Below the pieces are notes generated by a model. That model had not been told where the DNA came from, searched no databases, and worked only from the letters and a program-made list of their open reading frames with translations. 53,269 nucleotides of DNA from Candidatus Aminicenantes bacterium (GTDB lineage Bacteria; Acidobacteriota; Aminicenantia; Aminicenantales; UBA4085). The DNA is taken from assembly GCA_026393865.1 (NCBI GenBank), contig JAPKZI010000031.1, positions 1 through 53,269 of the forward strand. The letters are read 5' to 3'. A program made the translations under genes and the position numbers. Below, one piece after another: positions 7,884 to 17,152 of the stretch (within the stretch, counting starts at the first letter, position 1; each line of letters starts with the position of its first letter).

Positions 7884-9647
7884 ATGGAAAAAGAAATCCG
7901 AGTCAATCCCTCATCCTGGAAGCGGACCCATTACTGCGGCGAGCTGCGCCCGGCGCACGACGGCCAGGACGTCGTCCTCATGGGCTGGGTCCACAAGAGC
8001 CGCGACATGGGACATCTCGTCTTTATCGACCTGCGCGACCGCGAAGGCCTGATCCAAATCGTTTTCAGGTCGGACGAGGCCGCGCTCATCGAGGAAGCGA
8101 AAAAGCTTCGGACGGAATACGTCATCGGCATCAAGGGCACGGTCCGGCCGCGCGAAGCGAAGAACAAGGACCTGGCGACAGGCGAGGTCGAGGTCGAGGC
8201 GAAGGAGATGAAGTTGTTCGCCGTGTCGAAGGTCCCCCCGTTCGCCGTCGTCGACCCGGCCCAAGCGTCCGAGGAGCTCCGTTTCAAGCACCGCTATCTC
8301 GATTTGCGCCGGCCGCACATGCAGCGGAACATCCGGCTCCGTCACGAGGCCGCGCTCCGGGTCCGGAATTTCATGAGCCGGCACGGGTTCTTCGAGATCG
8401 AGACGCCCTTCCTGATCAACTCCACGCCGGAAGGCGCGCGCGATTACCTCGTCCCCAGCCGGATCTCCAAGGGCCGTTTTTACGCTCTGCCCCAGTCGCC
8501 CCAGATCTTCAAACAGACCCTGATGATCTCGGGGTTCGACCGCTATTTCCAGATCGTCCGCTGCTTCCGCGACGAAGACCTGCGGGCCGACCGCCAGCCC
8601 GAGTTCACCCAGATCGACGTCGAGATGAGCTTCATCGACCGGGAGGAGCTGTTCGGATTGATCGAAGGGCTGATGGCCACCATGTTCGAGCTCATCGGTG
8701 AGAAACCGTCGCTGCCTTTCCCGCGCCTGAGCTATGCCGAGGCGATGGAAAGATTCGGGAGCGACAAGCCCGACCTCCGCATCCCATTGGAAATGAAGGA
8801 TTTGACGGCCGTCGCCGCGGGTCTGGGAGCGGATATCATCAAAACCGTTTTGGCAGCGGGCGGCGAACTGAAAGGGTTGCTTGTCCCGAAGGCGGCCGGG
8901 TTGTCGCGCGCCCAGCTCGACAAACTCGGCGAGAAGGCCAAATCGCTCGGGGCGAAAGGCCTGTTCTGGATCAAGAAGCAGGACGGCTTTAAATCCGCCC
9001 TGAAGCTGGCGGCCGGAGAGTTCGAGGCGATCTGGAGCGCTCTTGGCGGCGGCGAAAGCGATCTGGCCCTGATGATCGCCGATAAAAAGAAGATCGCCCT
9101 CAAAGTGCTCGGCGAGATCCGCCGGACCTGGCCCCAAGAACAGAGCGGGAAGAGACTTTTCAAGTTCGCCTGGGTGACCGACTTCCCGCTGATGGAATGG
9201 AGCGACGAGGACAATCGGTTGGTGTCCATGCACCATCCCTTCACCTCGCCCCTGGACGAGGACGTGGACTATCTCGAAAAAGAGACGGCCCGGGTCCGGG
9301 CCAAAGCGTACGACCTGATTCTCAACGGGGTCGAGATCGGCGGCGGTTCGATCCGGATCCATGATATGGAGCTGCAGCGGAGGATCTTCAACGTCCTGGG
9401 TTTGACCCCTAAAGAAATCGAAGATAAATTCGGGTATTTCATTGACGCGCTCGGCTACGGCGCGCCGCCGCACGGCGGGATCGCCCTGGGCTTCGACCGC
9501 CTGGTCATGCTCCTGGCCGGCGAGGAGTCCATCCGCGAGGTCATCGCCTTTCCAAAGACGACCAGCGCCCTGTGTCTGATGACGAACTCCCCCTCCGTGG
9601 TCAGCGAGCGCCAGCTTACCGAATTGGGGCTGAAGCTCAAGAATTGA
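7884..9647 (+). CDS. aspS: Aspartate--tRNA ligase (start set at the ATG downstream of the palindromic element)
   Basis: AspRS motifs: RTHYCGELR, GWVHKSRDMGHLVFIDLRDREG, FRDEDLRADRQPEFTQID.EMSF, GGGSIRIH, PPHGGIALGFDRL. The ORF-track start at 7830 lies inside the repeat; MEKEIRV at 7884 is more plausible. Confidence 0.9.
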   Translation: MEKEIRVNPSSWKRTHYCGELRPAHDGQDVVLMGWVHKSRDMGHLVFIDLRDREGLIQIVFRSDEAALIEEAKKLRTEYVIGIKGTVRPREAKNKDLATGEVEVEAKEMKLFAVSKVPPFAVVDPAQASEELRFKHRYLDLRRPHMQRNIRLRHEAALRVRNFMSRHGFFEIETPFLINSTPEGARDYLVPSRISKGRFYALPQSPQIFKQTLMISGFDRYFQIVRCFRDEDLRADRQPEFTQIDVEMSFIDREELFGLIEGLMATMFELIGEKPSLPFPRLSYAEAMERFGSDKPDLRIPLEMKDLTAVAAGLGADIIKTVLAAGGELKGLLVPKAAGLSRAQLDKLGEKAKSLGAKGLFWIKKQDGFKSALKLAAGEFEAIWSALGGGESDLALMIADKKKIALKVLGEIRRTWPQEQSGKRLFKFAWVTDFPLMEWSDEDNRLVSMHHPFTSPLDEDVDYLEKETARVRAKAYDLILNGVEIGGGSIRIHDMELQRRIFNVLGLTPKEIEDKFGYFIDALGYGAPPHGGIALGFDRLVMLLAGEESIREVIAFPKTTSALCLMTNSPSVVSERQLTELGLKLKN

Positions 9648-12231
9648 CTTTTCGGGTTTCGGCGATGAGGGCGCCGGCGGTGGCCAGGAGCCCGAAGAGA
9701 AGGGCGTATTGAACCGGCAGCTTGAAATAGGTCAAGACGGGGGTCGCGCCCAGCCCGGCCCCGGCGGGATCTAGGAATGGGAAAAAGCGGGGCCCTAGGA
9801 TGATGAGGAGGCCGTAAAGCAGTCCGGCGGCCCCGCCGGCGAGCGTACCTTGAAAGATCCTCTTCCCGGCGCGCATGCCGCCCGCCCATAAGCAGGTGAA
9901 GACGCCGGCCAGGAACGGAACCCAGATCGCCAGCCACCAAACGCTTCCGAACCCCGCCATCCGTCCTCCGATATTGAAATAAGCGAAGTGTAAAAGGGCC
10001 AGCAGGCCCACTCCGCCCAGGGCCAGGAGAGGCGCCGGCCAGGATCTCGGTTTCAAATGCGCCCGGAGGTCGGCCCGTCGTTTGATCCGCCTCCGGATTG
10101 TCAGGGGATAGTTGTAAAAAGCGTCGAAGACGAAGTGTTCGAGCCAGGCGCCGCGCTCGCCGAAGACGGGGACGAAGTGAACGGCTTCGGTCGCCCAGTG
10201 GCCGGCCATGAACCGGGCCAGGTCGGGATAGCGATACGCCATTTGGATGGGGAAAGCCAGGTAGCCGATCATTTTCAGGAAGCTCAGCCCGAAGGCGATG
10301 TTGTAGTCCCTGAAGTTGCGCTCTTTGATCATCAAGCCGACCACGTAGACCCCCCGCACGAGCGAACCGGGAGAGACGGGGAGGAGATTGAGGGCCCCGA
10401 CGATGACTCCGGCGTGAAGAGTCGCCTGCTGCCAGGTCAGGTCGGGATGAGTGAGGATATAGACGAGCGCGACAGTGACGTAGACCGTCTCCGAGACGAA
10501 CAGCGTGGCCACATGAACGGCCAGGCTTTTAAGATACTTTTGAATATACGGCTCTTTGATCTGAGCCCGGATCCGGTCGGCCTCGACGGGCAGGAGCATG
10601 CGGTTCCGCTCGCCCTGGGCGATCATATCGAGCAGCCATTTTTCCCGCTCTTCCGCGTTGAAAAAGAGCCGCACGGGCCGGACGAACATGATCTGAAGCC
10701 GTTCTTTGAAATAAGCCTTGTCGGTCAAAAAGCGGTGGAATCCGATCGGAAGCACGGACAAGGGCAGATGGAGGTAGTATCGCCAGGGCTGGCCGGCGAT
10801 CTTGAGAGCCCGCTCTGCGGTGACCCGGCCCGCCCGGTGCCAGCGGATGAGCGCTTCGGCGATGCGGGCCCGGCCGGCGCGCAGGAAATAGGCCGGGCTC
10901 ATTGCCATTTTGGCGTAATGGCGGCGCAGGTCCGCCCGGCCCCACAGCCGCCGGAGGAACGGGGCCAAGAAAAAGGGGACAAGCCACAGAGGATATTTCC
11001 ACCAGACGGGGCCGGGCCAGGCAAAAATAAGCAAGGCCGGAGTCGCTAGGATTAAGAAAGGCCAGAGGAGAAAAATCAGGGACAGGAGGCCGCTCTTGTC
11101 CAGCCGCGCGGCGGTCCTCTCGTCGGTCATATTTCGTATGCGCCAGCTTTCGCGGAAGCCGGCCATGATCGAATGGCGGAGCCTGCCGCCGAACAGGCGA
11201 ACATGATGGTAGGTGAGATCGATCAGCGAATCGCGGTAGGCCCGGTCCTCGCGCTTGAGCTCAGCCAGGGCGGCCTCCATTCCGGCGAAAGCTTCGGAAT
11301 GCTCGGATACGAATTTTTCGAGCGTCCCGAAATCACCCTTATCGAACTGGACGAGCCGGCCGCGCGCGAGACCTTGAAAAACAAGCTTGATGTCGGCGGG
11401 GCACTGAGGGGTCACCGGCGTGAGGGCCATCCCGGCCCGGAAGTCCACGGCCACGAGGCCGGCGTTGGGATCGGGATCGCTCGCGGTCCGCTTCAGGGCG
11501 TTGGGCTGGCTTTTGAGCGACCACCATTCATACTGGCGGGCGAGCTCGACGGCGCCCATCTGGCGCATCATCTTCACCAGGCGGTCCATGAAGGCGCGCT
11601 TCGTCCGGTATTCGGTCGAGCCCAGGCCTTCCTCGGGGCGGCCGGGTTTCCAGGCCCGCCGGGCGTCGAGGTCGTCGTCCACTTCGAACCGCCACAAGCG
11701 GCCGTCGACCCATTCGCTGATCTCGCCGCAGCCGCCGAGGTCGTGGTCGACGAGGGTGGCGATGATGTCGACGACGCCGTCCGGCGAGCCGAATTCCATC
11801 GCCGCCGCCCGCCGGATGAACTTCTGCCAAAGCGCCTGGGAGCGGCCCGCGGCCGGCGTGACCTGAAGGGAAAAAGGCCCTTGGAAGCCGAGGGCGTAAA
11901 ATAGGTTTCGGATGCGGCGGCTCATTCCCGAAGCCGGGATGAGAATCTTCAGGGCGTAGGCCTGTCCTTTTTGGAAACCACGGACCTCGCCTTCGGTGTT
12001 CTCGATCTCGAGGAGTCTGGTCTTGTAGACCTGCCCGGCATATCCTCCGCCGACGAACCTTTCGATCTCGAGCGTGACCCGCCCCCGGCCGTCGGGAAGC
12101 ACGCCGCGGATGTCATAGTGGAGGACGGCTCCCGGTTCGTAGCGCCGTCGGCGGAACGGCCGGAACAGGCCCTGTTCGCGGAACTTCCGCTCCAGAGCGC
12201 GGATCGTTTCGACCGAGTAGGGGACGGCCAT
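9637..12231 (-). CDS. Fusion protein: N-terminal ABC1/UbiB-like atypical kinase-like domain plus large C-terminal polytopic membrane domain
   Basis: 864 aa. Gly-rich loop FVGGGYAGQVYK, lysine motif AYALKI, hinge-like EISEWVDG, a degenerate catalytic-loop position (LKSQPNALK) and VAVDFRAG (DFG-like). About 500 aa with many hydrophobic helices follow. The 3' end overlaps aspS convergently by 11 nt. Confidence 0.6.
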   Translation of the reverse strand: MAVPYSVETIRALERKFREQGLFRPFRRRRYEPGAVLHYDIRGVLPDGRGRVTLEIERFVGGGYAGQVYKTRLLEIENTEGEVRGFQKGQAYALKILIPASGMSRRIRNLFYALGFQGPFSLQVTPAAGRSQALWQKFIRRAAAMEFGSPDGVVDIIATLVDHDLGGCGEISEWVDGRLWRFEVDDDLDARRAWKPGRPEEGLGSTEYRTKRAFMDRLVKMMRQMGAVELARQYEWWSLKSQPNALKRTASDPDPNAGLVAVDFRAGMALTPVTPQCPADIKLVFQGLARGRLVQFDKGDFGTLEKFVSEHSEAFAGMEAALAELKREDRAYRDSLIDLTYHHVRLFGGRLRHSIMAGFRESWRIRNMTDERTAARLDKSGLLSLIFLLWPFLILATPALLIFAWPGPVWWKYPLWLVPFFLAPFLRRLWGRADLRRHYAKMAMSPAYFLRAGRARIAEALIRWHRAGRVTAERALKIAGQPWRYYLHLPLSVLPIGFHRFLTDKAYFKERLQIMFVRPVRLFFNAEEREKWLLDMIAQGERNRMLLPVEADRIRAQIKEPYIQKYLKSLAVHVATLFVSETVYVTVALVYILTHPDLTWQQATLHAGVIVGALNLLPVSPGSLVRGVYVVGLMIKERNFRDYNIAFGLSFLKMIGYLAFPIQMAYRYPDLARFMAGHWATEAVHFVPVFGERGAWLEHFVFDAFYNYPLTIRRRIKRRADLRAHLKPRSWPAPLLALGGVGLLALLHFAYFNIGGRMAGFGSVWWLAIWVPFLAGVFTCLWAGGMRAGKRIFQGTLAGGAAGLLYGLLIILGPRFFPFLDPAGAGLGATPVLTYFKLPVQYALLFGLLATAGALIAETRKVNS

Positions 12232-12234
12232 TGA

Positions 12235-12378
12235 TTATTTATTCACCTCGGCGTAGACGGCGGCCAAGACTTCCTTATACTCGGGGGGCTGTTGGGTTTG
12301 GGCAACGGCCGGGCCCGCGACGATCAGGCCGAGGATAATGATCAGTGCGTATATTGCGCCGCGTGTCGTTCTTTTCAT
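12235..12378 (-). CDS. Small exported peptide (47-aa precursor, predicted 21-aa mature part)
   Basis: The ATG at 12378 is preceded by GGAG with about 8 nt spacing. MKRTTRGAIYALIIILGLIVAGPAVA|QTQQPPEYKEVLAAVYAEVNK is a classical Sec signal with an AxA site. Its stop lies 3 nt from the start of the downstream gene. Confidence 0.5.
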   Translation of the reverse strand: MKRTTRGAIYALIIILGLIVAGPAVAQTQQPPEYKEVLAAVYAEVNK

Positions 12379-12440
12379 AAGTTTTTCTCCAAACGACAGG
12401 AGGCTGGGGGATGCTTGTCCCTTCCGTCCCTCCTCCTCCT

Positions 12441-13901
12441 TTACTTGCCGATTTCGCCCGTCAGCGGATCGGTCAAGCCGATCCTGTGGATCTTGCCAAG
12501 CTTGTCCAACGGTCCGGGCCACTTATCTCCGCCCTTGTTGCAGGGATCCCAGTCGCCGACGATCATGATCGCGGCCTTGTCCGGATGGACATACTTGGTG
12601 GCGACTTCCTGGACCTTGGCCTTGGTCACGGCCTTGATCTTATCCCGATAGGTCTTGTAGTAGTCCATGGGCCGGCCGGTCATTTCGAGATTGGCGAACG
12701 CGGATTGGGTCGCCTGGGCGGACTCGAAGGAACTGGGGAAGCTCTCCAGGTAGTAGTTGATCGCGGTCTCCAGTTCCGCGTCAGAAACGGGTTCCTTGCG
12801 GATGCGGTCGAACTCGTTCATGATGAGCGAGATCGCGTATCCGACCGTGGACGACTTGGTTTGGACATAACCCGAGAACTGGCCCGGGAATCCCCAGCGG
12901 TATGTGAACCGGCTGCCCTGGTTGTAGGACAAGCCTTCGGTCGAGCGAACCTTCGAGGTGATGCGCGAGGAGAAGCTGCCGCCGCCGAGGATGAAGTTCA
13001 TGACCTGGACGGCGAAGTAGTCGGGGTTCGTATCCTCGAGGCCGAGGTGTCCGATGTTGATGTAGCCCTGATTGATGGGCTTCTGGATGAAATAGACGCC
13101 GGGTTCAGGTTGGGGGAACGTCTTGATAAACGAGGGGAGTTTAAGGTCCTTGTTCTTCCAAGCCGCGACATACTTGTCGATCTTTGCCTTGAGGTCGGCC
13201 TTGGCAAAGTCGCCGGCCGCGGACAGGATGATGTTCTTTGGGAAGAAGTATTGGGCATGGACGGCCTTGAGGTCCGCTGAGGTGAGGCCGTCATACGTTT
13301 TCTTGGTCGGCTGCCACGTCAATGGGTGGTCGCCGTAGAGTAGCTTTTCGTATTCCCGGCTGAGGACGGTGCTCGGCTGGTCGTTCCCCTGCCGGAGCTG
13401 TTCGAGCAGGCGGGCCTTGGCCAGGTTCAGGGGTCCTTCCCGGAATTCCGGGTTCATCAGCACGTCGAAGAAGAGACCCAAGCCTTCGTCGAGGTCCTTG
13501 CCGAGAACGGACAGCGTCAGCGTCGCGGTCCGTTCGGCCACGTTGAAGCCGAGCGAGCCGCCGAGGAAATCGAGCCGTTCCTCGATCGCCGTCCCTTCCC
13601 TGGTCTTCGTCCCGCCTCGGATCATCGTCCCGCTCATGAGGGCGTCGAGGCCCTGCTTGTCCTTGGGGGTGTAGAGGCCGCCGAAATTGATGTGAGCCGA
13701 GATGTTGAAGAGCGGGAGGGTATGGTCCTCCTGGATATACCCGCGCAGGCCGTTGGCGAACATCGTCCGGAACGCCGCAGGATCCGGGGGAATATAGGTC
13801 AGAGGGGGAAATTTCAGGTCGGAGGGTTTCTGGGCTTGGCCCAGGACGATCCCGGAGAGGAGAAATCCGAAAGCCAGCGCTAATATCAGGGTCTTTTTCA
13901 T
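12441..13901 (-). CDS. M16 (pitrilysin/insulinase) family peptidase, non-catalytic-type subunit, exported
   Basis: 486 aa with signal peptide MKKTLILALAFGFLLSGIVLGQA. M16 fold-like sequence without an HxxEH motif. It sits 15 nt downstream of the catalytic M16 paralog and has a GGAAGGAG RBS. Confidence 0.8.
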   Translation of the reverse strand: MKKTLILALAFGFLLSGIVLGQAQKPSDLKFPPLTYIPPDPAAFRTMFANGLRGYIQEDHTLPLFNISAHINFGGLYTPKDKQGLDALMSGTMIRGGTKTREGTAIEERLDFLGGSLGFNVAERTATLTLSVLGKDLDEGLGLFFDVLMNPEFREGPLNLAKARLLEQLRQGNDQPSTVLSREYEKLLYGDHPLTWQPTKKTYDGLTSADLKAVHAQYFFPKNIILSAAGDFAKADLKAKIDKYVAAWKNKDLKLPSFIKTFPQPEPGVYFIQKPINQGYINIGHLGLEDTNPDYFAVQVMNFILGGGSFSSRITSKVRSTEGLSYNQGSRFTYRWGFPGQFSGYVQTKSSTVGYAISLIMNEFDRIRKEPVSDAELETAINYYLESFPSSFESAQATQSAFANLEMTGRPMDYYKTYRDKIKAVTKAKVQEVATKYVHPDKAAIMIVGDWDPCNKGGDKWPGPLDKLGKIHRIGLTDPLTGEIGK

Positions 13902-13916
13902 GAGGATTCTCCTTCC

Positions 13917-15473
13917 TTACCGCCCCGCGCTCCGCCTGTTGATGGCCGTGAGACTGTTGTCCTTGACGAAATATTTGGCGATCACGCGCTTGATATCGTC
14001 GTTCGTGACCTTCTTCAGATCGTCGAGGTCGGTCATGATCGACCTCCAGCCCCGGTTGAGCTCGGCCCGGGCGACGCTGCCGGCGAGGCCTGCCGAGCTG
14101 GCCAGGCCGCGGATGAACTGGGCTTCGGAGCGGTTCTTAGCCTTCTGGATCTCGTCGGCGGTCACTCCCTCTTTTTTAATCTTTTCGATCTCCAGCCAGA
14201 TCTCCTTTTCCAGGTCCTCGGGCTGGATGTTCTTGTCCGAGCGGGGCGAAGCGCTGATCTGGAAGGCGCCGACATACCACTGCGCCCGGCTGGACGCGGA
14301 GGCGCTGACGGCCAGCTGTTTCTCCTGGACTAGGATCTTGTTGAGCCGTCCGGTCCCCCCGCCTCCGCCGAAGCCGCCGCCTCTTTGGCCGATTTCGCCG
14401 TCCGGTCCGAACCCGCCCCGCATGCCGCCGCCCCCGCCGCCGAGGATGCTGGCCAGGACCTGGAGGGGTGCTGCGTCGGGCTGGCCGGCCTGCGGCGCGT
14501 GGAACATCATCTGGAGGCTGGTGGGCGCGTTGCTTTCCGAGGTGAGGCGTTTTTCGCAATACTGGGGAGGTTCATACGTCCGGATCGGTTCGATGTCCGG
14601 CCCCTTCGGGACTCGGCCGAAATATTTCTCGGCCATGGCCAGGATGGCCTGCGGATCGAAATCGCCGACGTAAATGGCGACCGCGTTGTTCGGGACGTAA
14701 TGCGTGTTGTGGAACTCGATGAGATCGGCCTTGGTGACCTTCTGCAGGTCGTCCATCCAGCCGATCGTGTCCCAGTGGTACGGGGTCGCCGCGTAAAAGG
14801 CGGCGTTGACCTGCTCGCTGAAGAAGTAGCCGGGCCGGTTCTCGCTCAGGCGGCGCTCCTCCATGATGACGTCCTTCTCGGAATAGAACTCGCGGAAATA
14901 GGCGTTCATGAGCCGGTCGGACTCGATCAGCATCTGGAGCTCGACTTTGTTCGACGGCATCGTGACGTAGTAACCGGTGTTTTCGGCGCCGGTCGAGGCG
15001 TTGACGCCCGTGCCGCCGTTCTTGGCGTAGAGATTGTCGAGCTCGTCCTTGACGATGGTGGCCTTTTCCGCCTTGACCAGATCGTCGAACTCCTTCTGCC
15101 ATTGGGCCAGCTTGGCCTTGTCGCCGCCGTCGGTCCGCCAGTATTTCTCCCGGTAGATCTTGTCCATGACGGCGTCGATCTGCCGGTCGATCGCCGCATC
15201 CTTGGCGAAGTCGGAGACGCCGATCGTCTTGGTCCCCTTGAACATCATGTGCTCATGGATGTGGGCCAGGCCGGTGATGCCCGGTTTCTCGTTGATCGAG
15301 CCGACCTTGAAGTAGAGGTGGCAGACGACGCGCGGCACGCCGGCTTTCGGGATGAGCAGGAGCTTCATCCCGTTCGACAGGACGTGTTCCTGCACGTTGA
15401 GCTTCAAGTCCGCGGCCGCGACCAGCGCGGTGAACGCGAGAAGGGCGGAAAAAAGAGTCAGAATGCGTTTCAT
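13917..15473 (-). CDS. M16 family zinc peptidase, catalytic-type subunit, exported, with a Gly-rich insertion
   Basis: 518 aa with a signal peptide. Inverted zinc motif HIHEHMMFKGT (HxxEH). Strong GAGGAGGA RBS. Low-complexity insert GGGGGGMRGGFGPDGEIGQRGGGFGGGGGTG. Confidence 0.88.
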   Translation of the reverse strand: MKRILTLFSALLAFTALVAAADLKLNVQEHVLSNGMKLLLIPKAGVPRVVCHLYFKVGSINEKPGITGLAHIHEHMMFKGTKTIGVSDFAKDAAIDRQIDAVMDKIYREKYWRTDGGDKAKLAQWQKEFDDLVKAEKATIVKDELDNLYAKNGGTGVNASTGAENTGYYVTMPSNKVELQMLIESDRLMNAYFREFYSEKDVIMEERRLSENRPGYFFSEQVNAAFYAATPYHWDTIGWMDDLQKVTKADLIEFHNTHYVPNNAVAIYVGDFDPQAILAMAEKYFGRVPKGPDIEPIRTYEPPQYCEKRLTSESNAPTSLQMMFHAPQAGQPDAAPLQVLASILGGGGGGMRGGFGPDGEIGQRGGGFGGGGGTGRLNKILVQEKQLAVSASASSRAQWYVGAFQISASPRSDKNIQPEDLEKEIWLEIEKIKKEGVTADEIQKAKNRSEAQFIRGLASSAGLAGSVARAELNRGWRSIMTDLDDLKKVTNDDIKRVIAKYFVKDNSLTAINRRSAGR

Positions 15474-15566
15474 GCGGTTTTATCCTCCTCTGGACGATAA
15501 AAAAGAAATCATTTCTCAATTCGGCGGGAAAGTCAATATTCATCGGCGAGCGGGCCGCAGGGAGGC

Positions 15567-16322
15567 TTATCCGAATCTTCCGGTGATGTAGTCTTCCGTG
15601 CGCTTGTCCTGGGGGCGGGTGAAGATGTCCGGCGTCCGCCCGAACTCGATCAGCTCTCCGAGAAGCATGAACCCCGTTTCCTCCGAGACGCGGGCGGCCT
15701 GTTGCATATTGTGGGTGACGATGACGATGGTGTAGTCGTCCTTGAGATGCCGCATCAGTTCCTCGATCTTCAGCGTGGCCATGGGATCGAGGGCTGAACA
15801 CGGCTCGTCCATCAGCAGGACTTCGGATTTGACGGCGACGAGCCGGGCGATGCACAGCCGCTGCTTCTGTTCAAGCGATAAACGCAGGGCGCTCTCGTCG
15901 AGCCTGTCCTTGAGTTCGTCCCAGAGGTGGACGGCCTTCAGGCTGTCCTCGACGATGTGGTCCATCTCGTCGGCCTTGGCCAGGTGGTGGACCTTGGGGC
16001 CGAATGCGATGTTCTCGTAAACGCTTAACGGGAACGGATTCGGCCGCTGAAAGACCATGCCCACTTTTTTCCGGAGGGCGGTCAGCGCGCTCGTCCCCGC
16101 ATAGATGTCCTGGCCGTCGAGCCGGACCGAGCCTTCGATCCGGACGTCATCAATGAGGTCGTTCATGCGGTTGAGGCAGCGGAGGAGGGTGGACTTCCCG
16201 CAGCCCGAGGGGCCGATCAGGGAGGTGATCGCCTTCTCCCGGACGGACAGGCCGACATCGATGAGGGCGTGGAAGGCGCCGTACCACAGATTGAGACGTT
16301 CGACCTCGATCTTTGCGCTCAT
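15567..16322 (-). CDS. pstB: Phosphate ABC transporter ATP-binding protein, distal paralog with degenerate signature motif
   Basis: 251 aa. Walker [11 protein letters not shown]-loop [10 protein letters not shown], Walker [13 protein letters not shown]-loop VTHNMQQA, PstB C-terminus EDYITGRFG. The ABC signature reads LSLEQKQ instead of LSGGQQQ (15867-15881). Confidence 0.92.
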   Translation of the reverse strand: MSAKIEVERLNLWYGAFHALIDVGLSVREKAITSLIGPSGCGKSTLLRCLNRMNDLIDDVRIEGSVRLDGQDIYAGTSALTALRKKVGMVFQRPNPFPLSVYENIAFGPKVHHLAKADEMDHIVEDSLKAVHLWDELKDRLDESALRLSLEQKQRLCIARLVAVKSEVLLMDEPCSALDPMATLKIEELMRHLKDDYTIVIVTHNMQQAARVSEETGFMLLGELIEFGRTPDIFTRPQDKRTEDYITGRFG

Positions 16323-17086
16323 CCGAACCGCCCCACAATGTAGTCGTTCGTCCGCGGATCTCTCGGCGCGGTGAAAATCTTCTCCGTGGCGTCGATCTCG
16401 ACCAGCTCGCCCATCAGGAAGAAGGCCGTCCGCGTCCCGACGCGCGCCGCCTGCTTGGTGTTGTTGGTGACCAGGACGATGGTCTGGCTCTTCCGGAGTT
16501 CCAGCATCGATTCTTCGACTTTGGCGGTCGAAATCGGGTCGAGGCCCGAACAGGGCTCATCAAACAAGATGACCTCGGGGCGCAGGGCCAGCGTCCGGGC
16601 GATGCAGAGGCGCTGCTGCTGGCCGCCCGACAATTTTTGGGCGGAGCTTCGCAGGCGGTCTTTGACCTCGTCCCAGAGATAGGCGGCCTTCAAGCTCTCT
16701 TCGACGATCCGGTCGAGCGTCGTCTTGTCGCGGAGGCCGGCCAGCCGGGGTCCATAGGTGATGTTGTCGTAAATCGAGCGAGGCAGGGGAATAGGGAGGG
16801 CGAAGATCATGCCGACCCTTTTCCTCAGGTCTTCCGCCTCGATGTCGTTGCGGATGTCCAAGCCGTCGAGCTTGATCGATCCGTTGATCCGGAGGCGGGG
16901 CTCGAAATCATTCAGCCGGTTGAGGGAACGCAGGAACGAGGTCTTCCCGGAATTGGCCGGTCCGATGATGCTCAGAATCTCGTTCGGCTGAATGTCCAGG
17001 GACACGTCATGGATGGCCTGGACCTTGCCGAAATGGATCGTCAGGTTCTTGACCTCGATTTTTGCCTTGCCGATCCGGCTGTTCAT
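16319..17086 (-). CDS. pstB: Phosphate ABC transporter ATP-binding protein, proximal paralog with altered Q-loop and H-loop
   Basis: 255 aa. Walker [10 protein letters not shown], canonical signature [13 protein letters not shown], Walker [13 protein letters not shown]-terminus NDYIVGRFG. The Q-loop is MIFALP (Q to A) and the H-loop is VTNNTKQA (H to N). There is a 4-nt overlap with the downstream pstB. Confidence 0.92.
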   Translation of the reverse strand: MNSRIGKAKIEVKNLTIHFGKVQAIHDVSLDIQPNEILSIIGPANSGKTSFLRSLNRLNDFEPRLRINGSIKLDGLDIRNDIEAEDLRKRVGMIFALPIPLPRSIYDNITYGPRLAGLRDKTTLDRIVEESLKAAYLWDEVKDRLRSSAQKLSGGQQQRLCIARTLALRPEVILFDEPCSGLDPISTAKVEESMLELRKSQTIVLVTNNTKQAARVGTRTAFFLMGELVEIDATEKIFTAPRDPRTNDYIVGRFG

Positions 17087-17100
17087 GAGCGGCCTGCGTA

Positions 17101-17152
17101 AAAAAAGGGGACGCGCACCGGATTCAAGAGAATTCGGAACATGTCCCCTTTT
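17101..17152 (-). terminator. Intra-operon hairpin plus U-tract between pstA and the first pstB (attenuator, partial terminator or mRNA-stabiliser candidate)
   Basis: On the minus-strand RNA, AAAAGGGGAC, a 30-nt loop that can itself pair (CCGAAUUC/GAAUCCGG) and GUCCCCUUUU are followed by UUUACGC. The start of the first pstB is about 15 nt further on. Confidence 0.4.

Noticed and set aside
7911-9473. 520-aa minus-strand ORF inside aspS
   Set aside because: It is antisense to an unambiguous aspartate--tRNA ligase and has no motifs. It is a GC-rich shadow ORF. The same reasoning applies to 5401..6426 (antisense accA), 6693..7505 (antisense hisS), 36236..37675 (antisense PP2C), 39002..40213 (antisense permease), 40551..41828 (antisense AKR), 41821..42744 (antisense MenA-like), 47571..48731 (antisense dcp), 10057..11049 and 11173..11904 (antisense ABC1-like gene), 12411..13280 and 14385..15500 (antisense M16 genes), and 43668..44468 (antisense dsbD).
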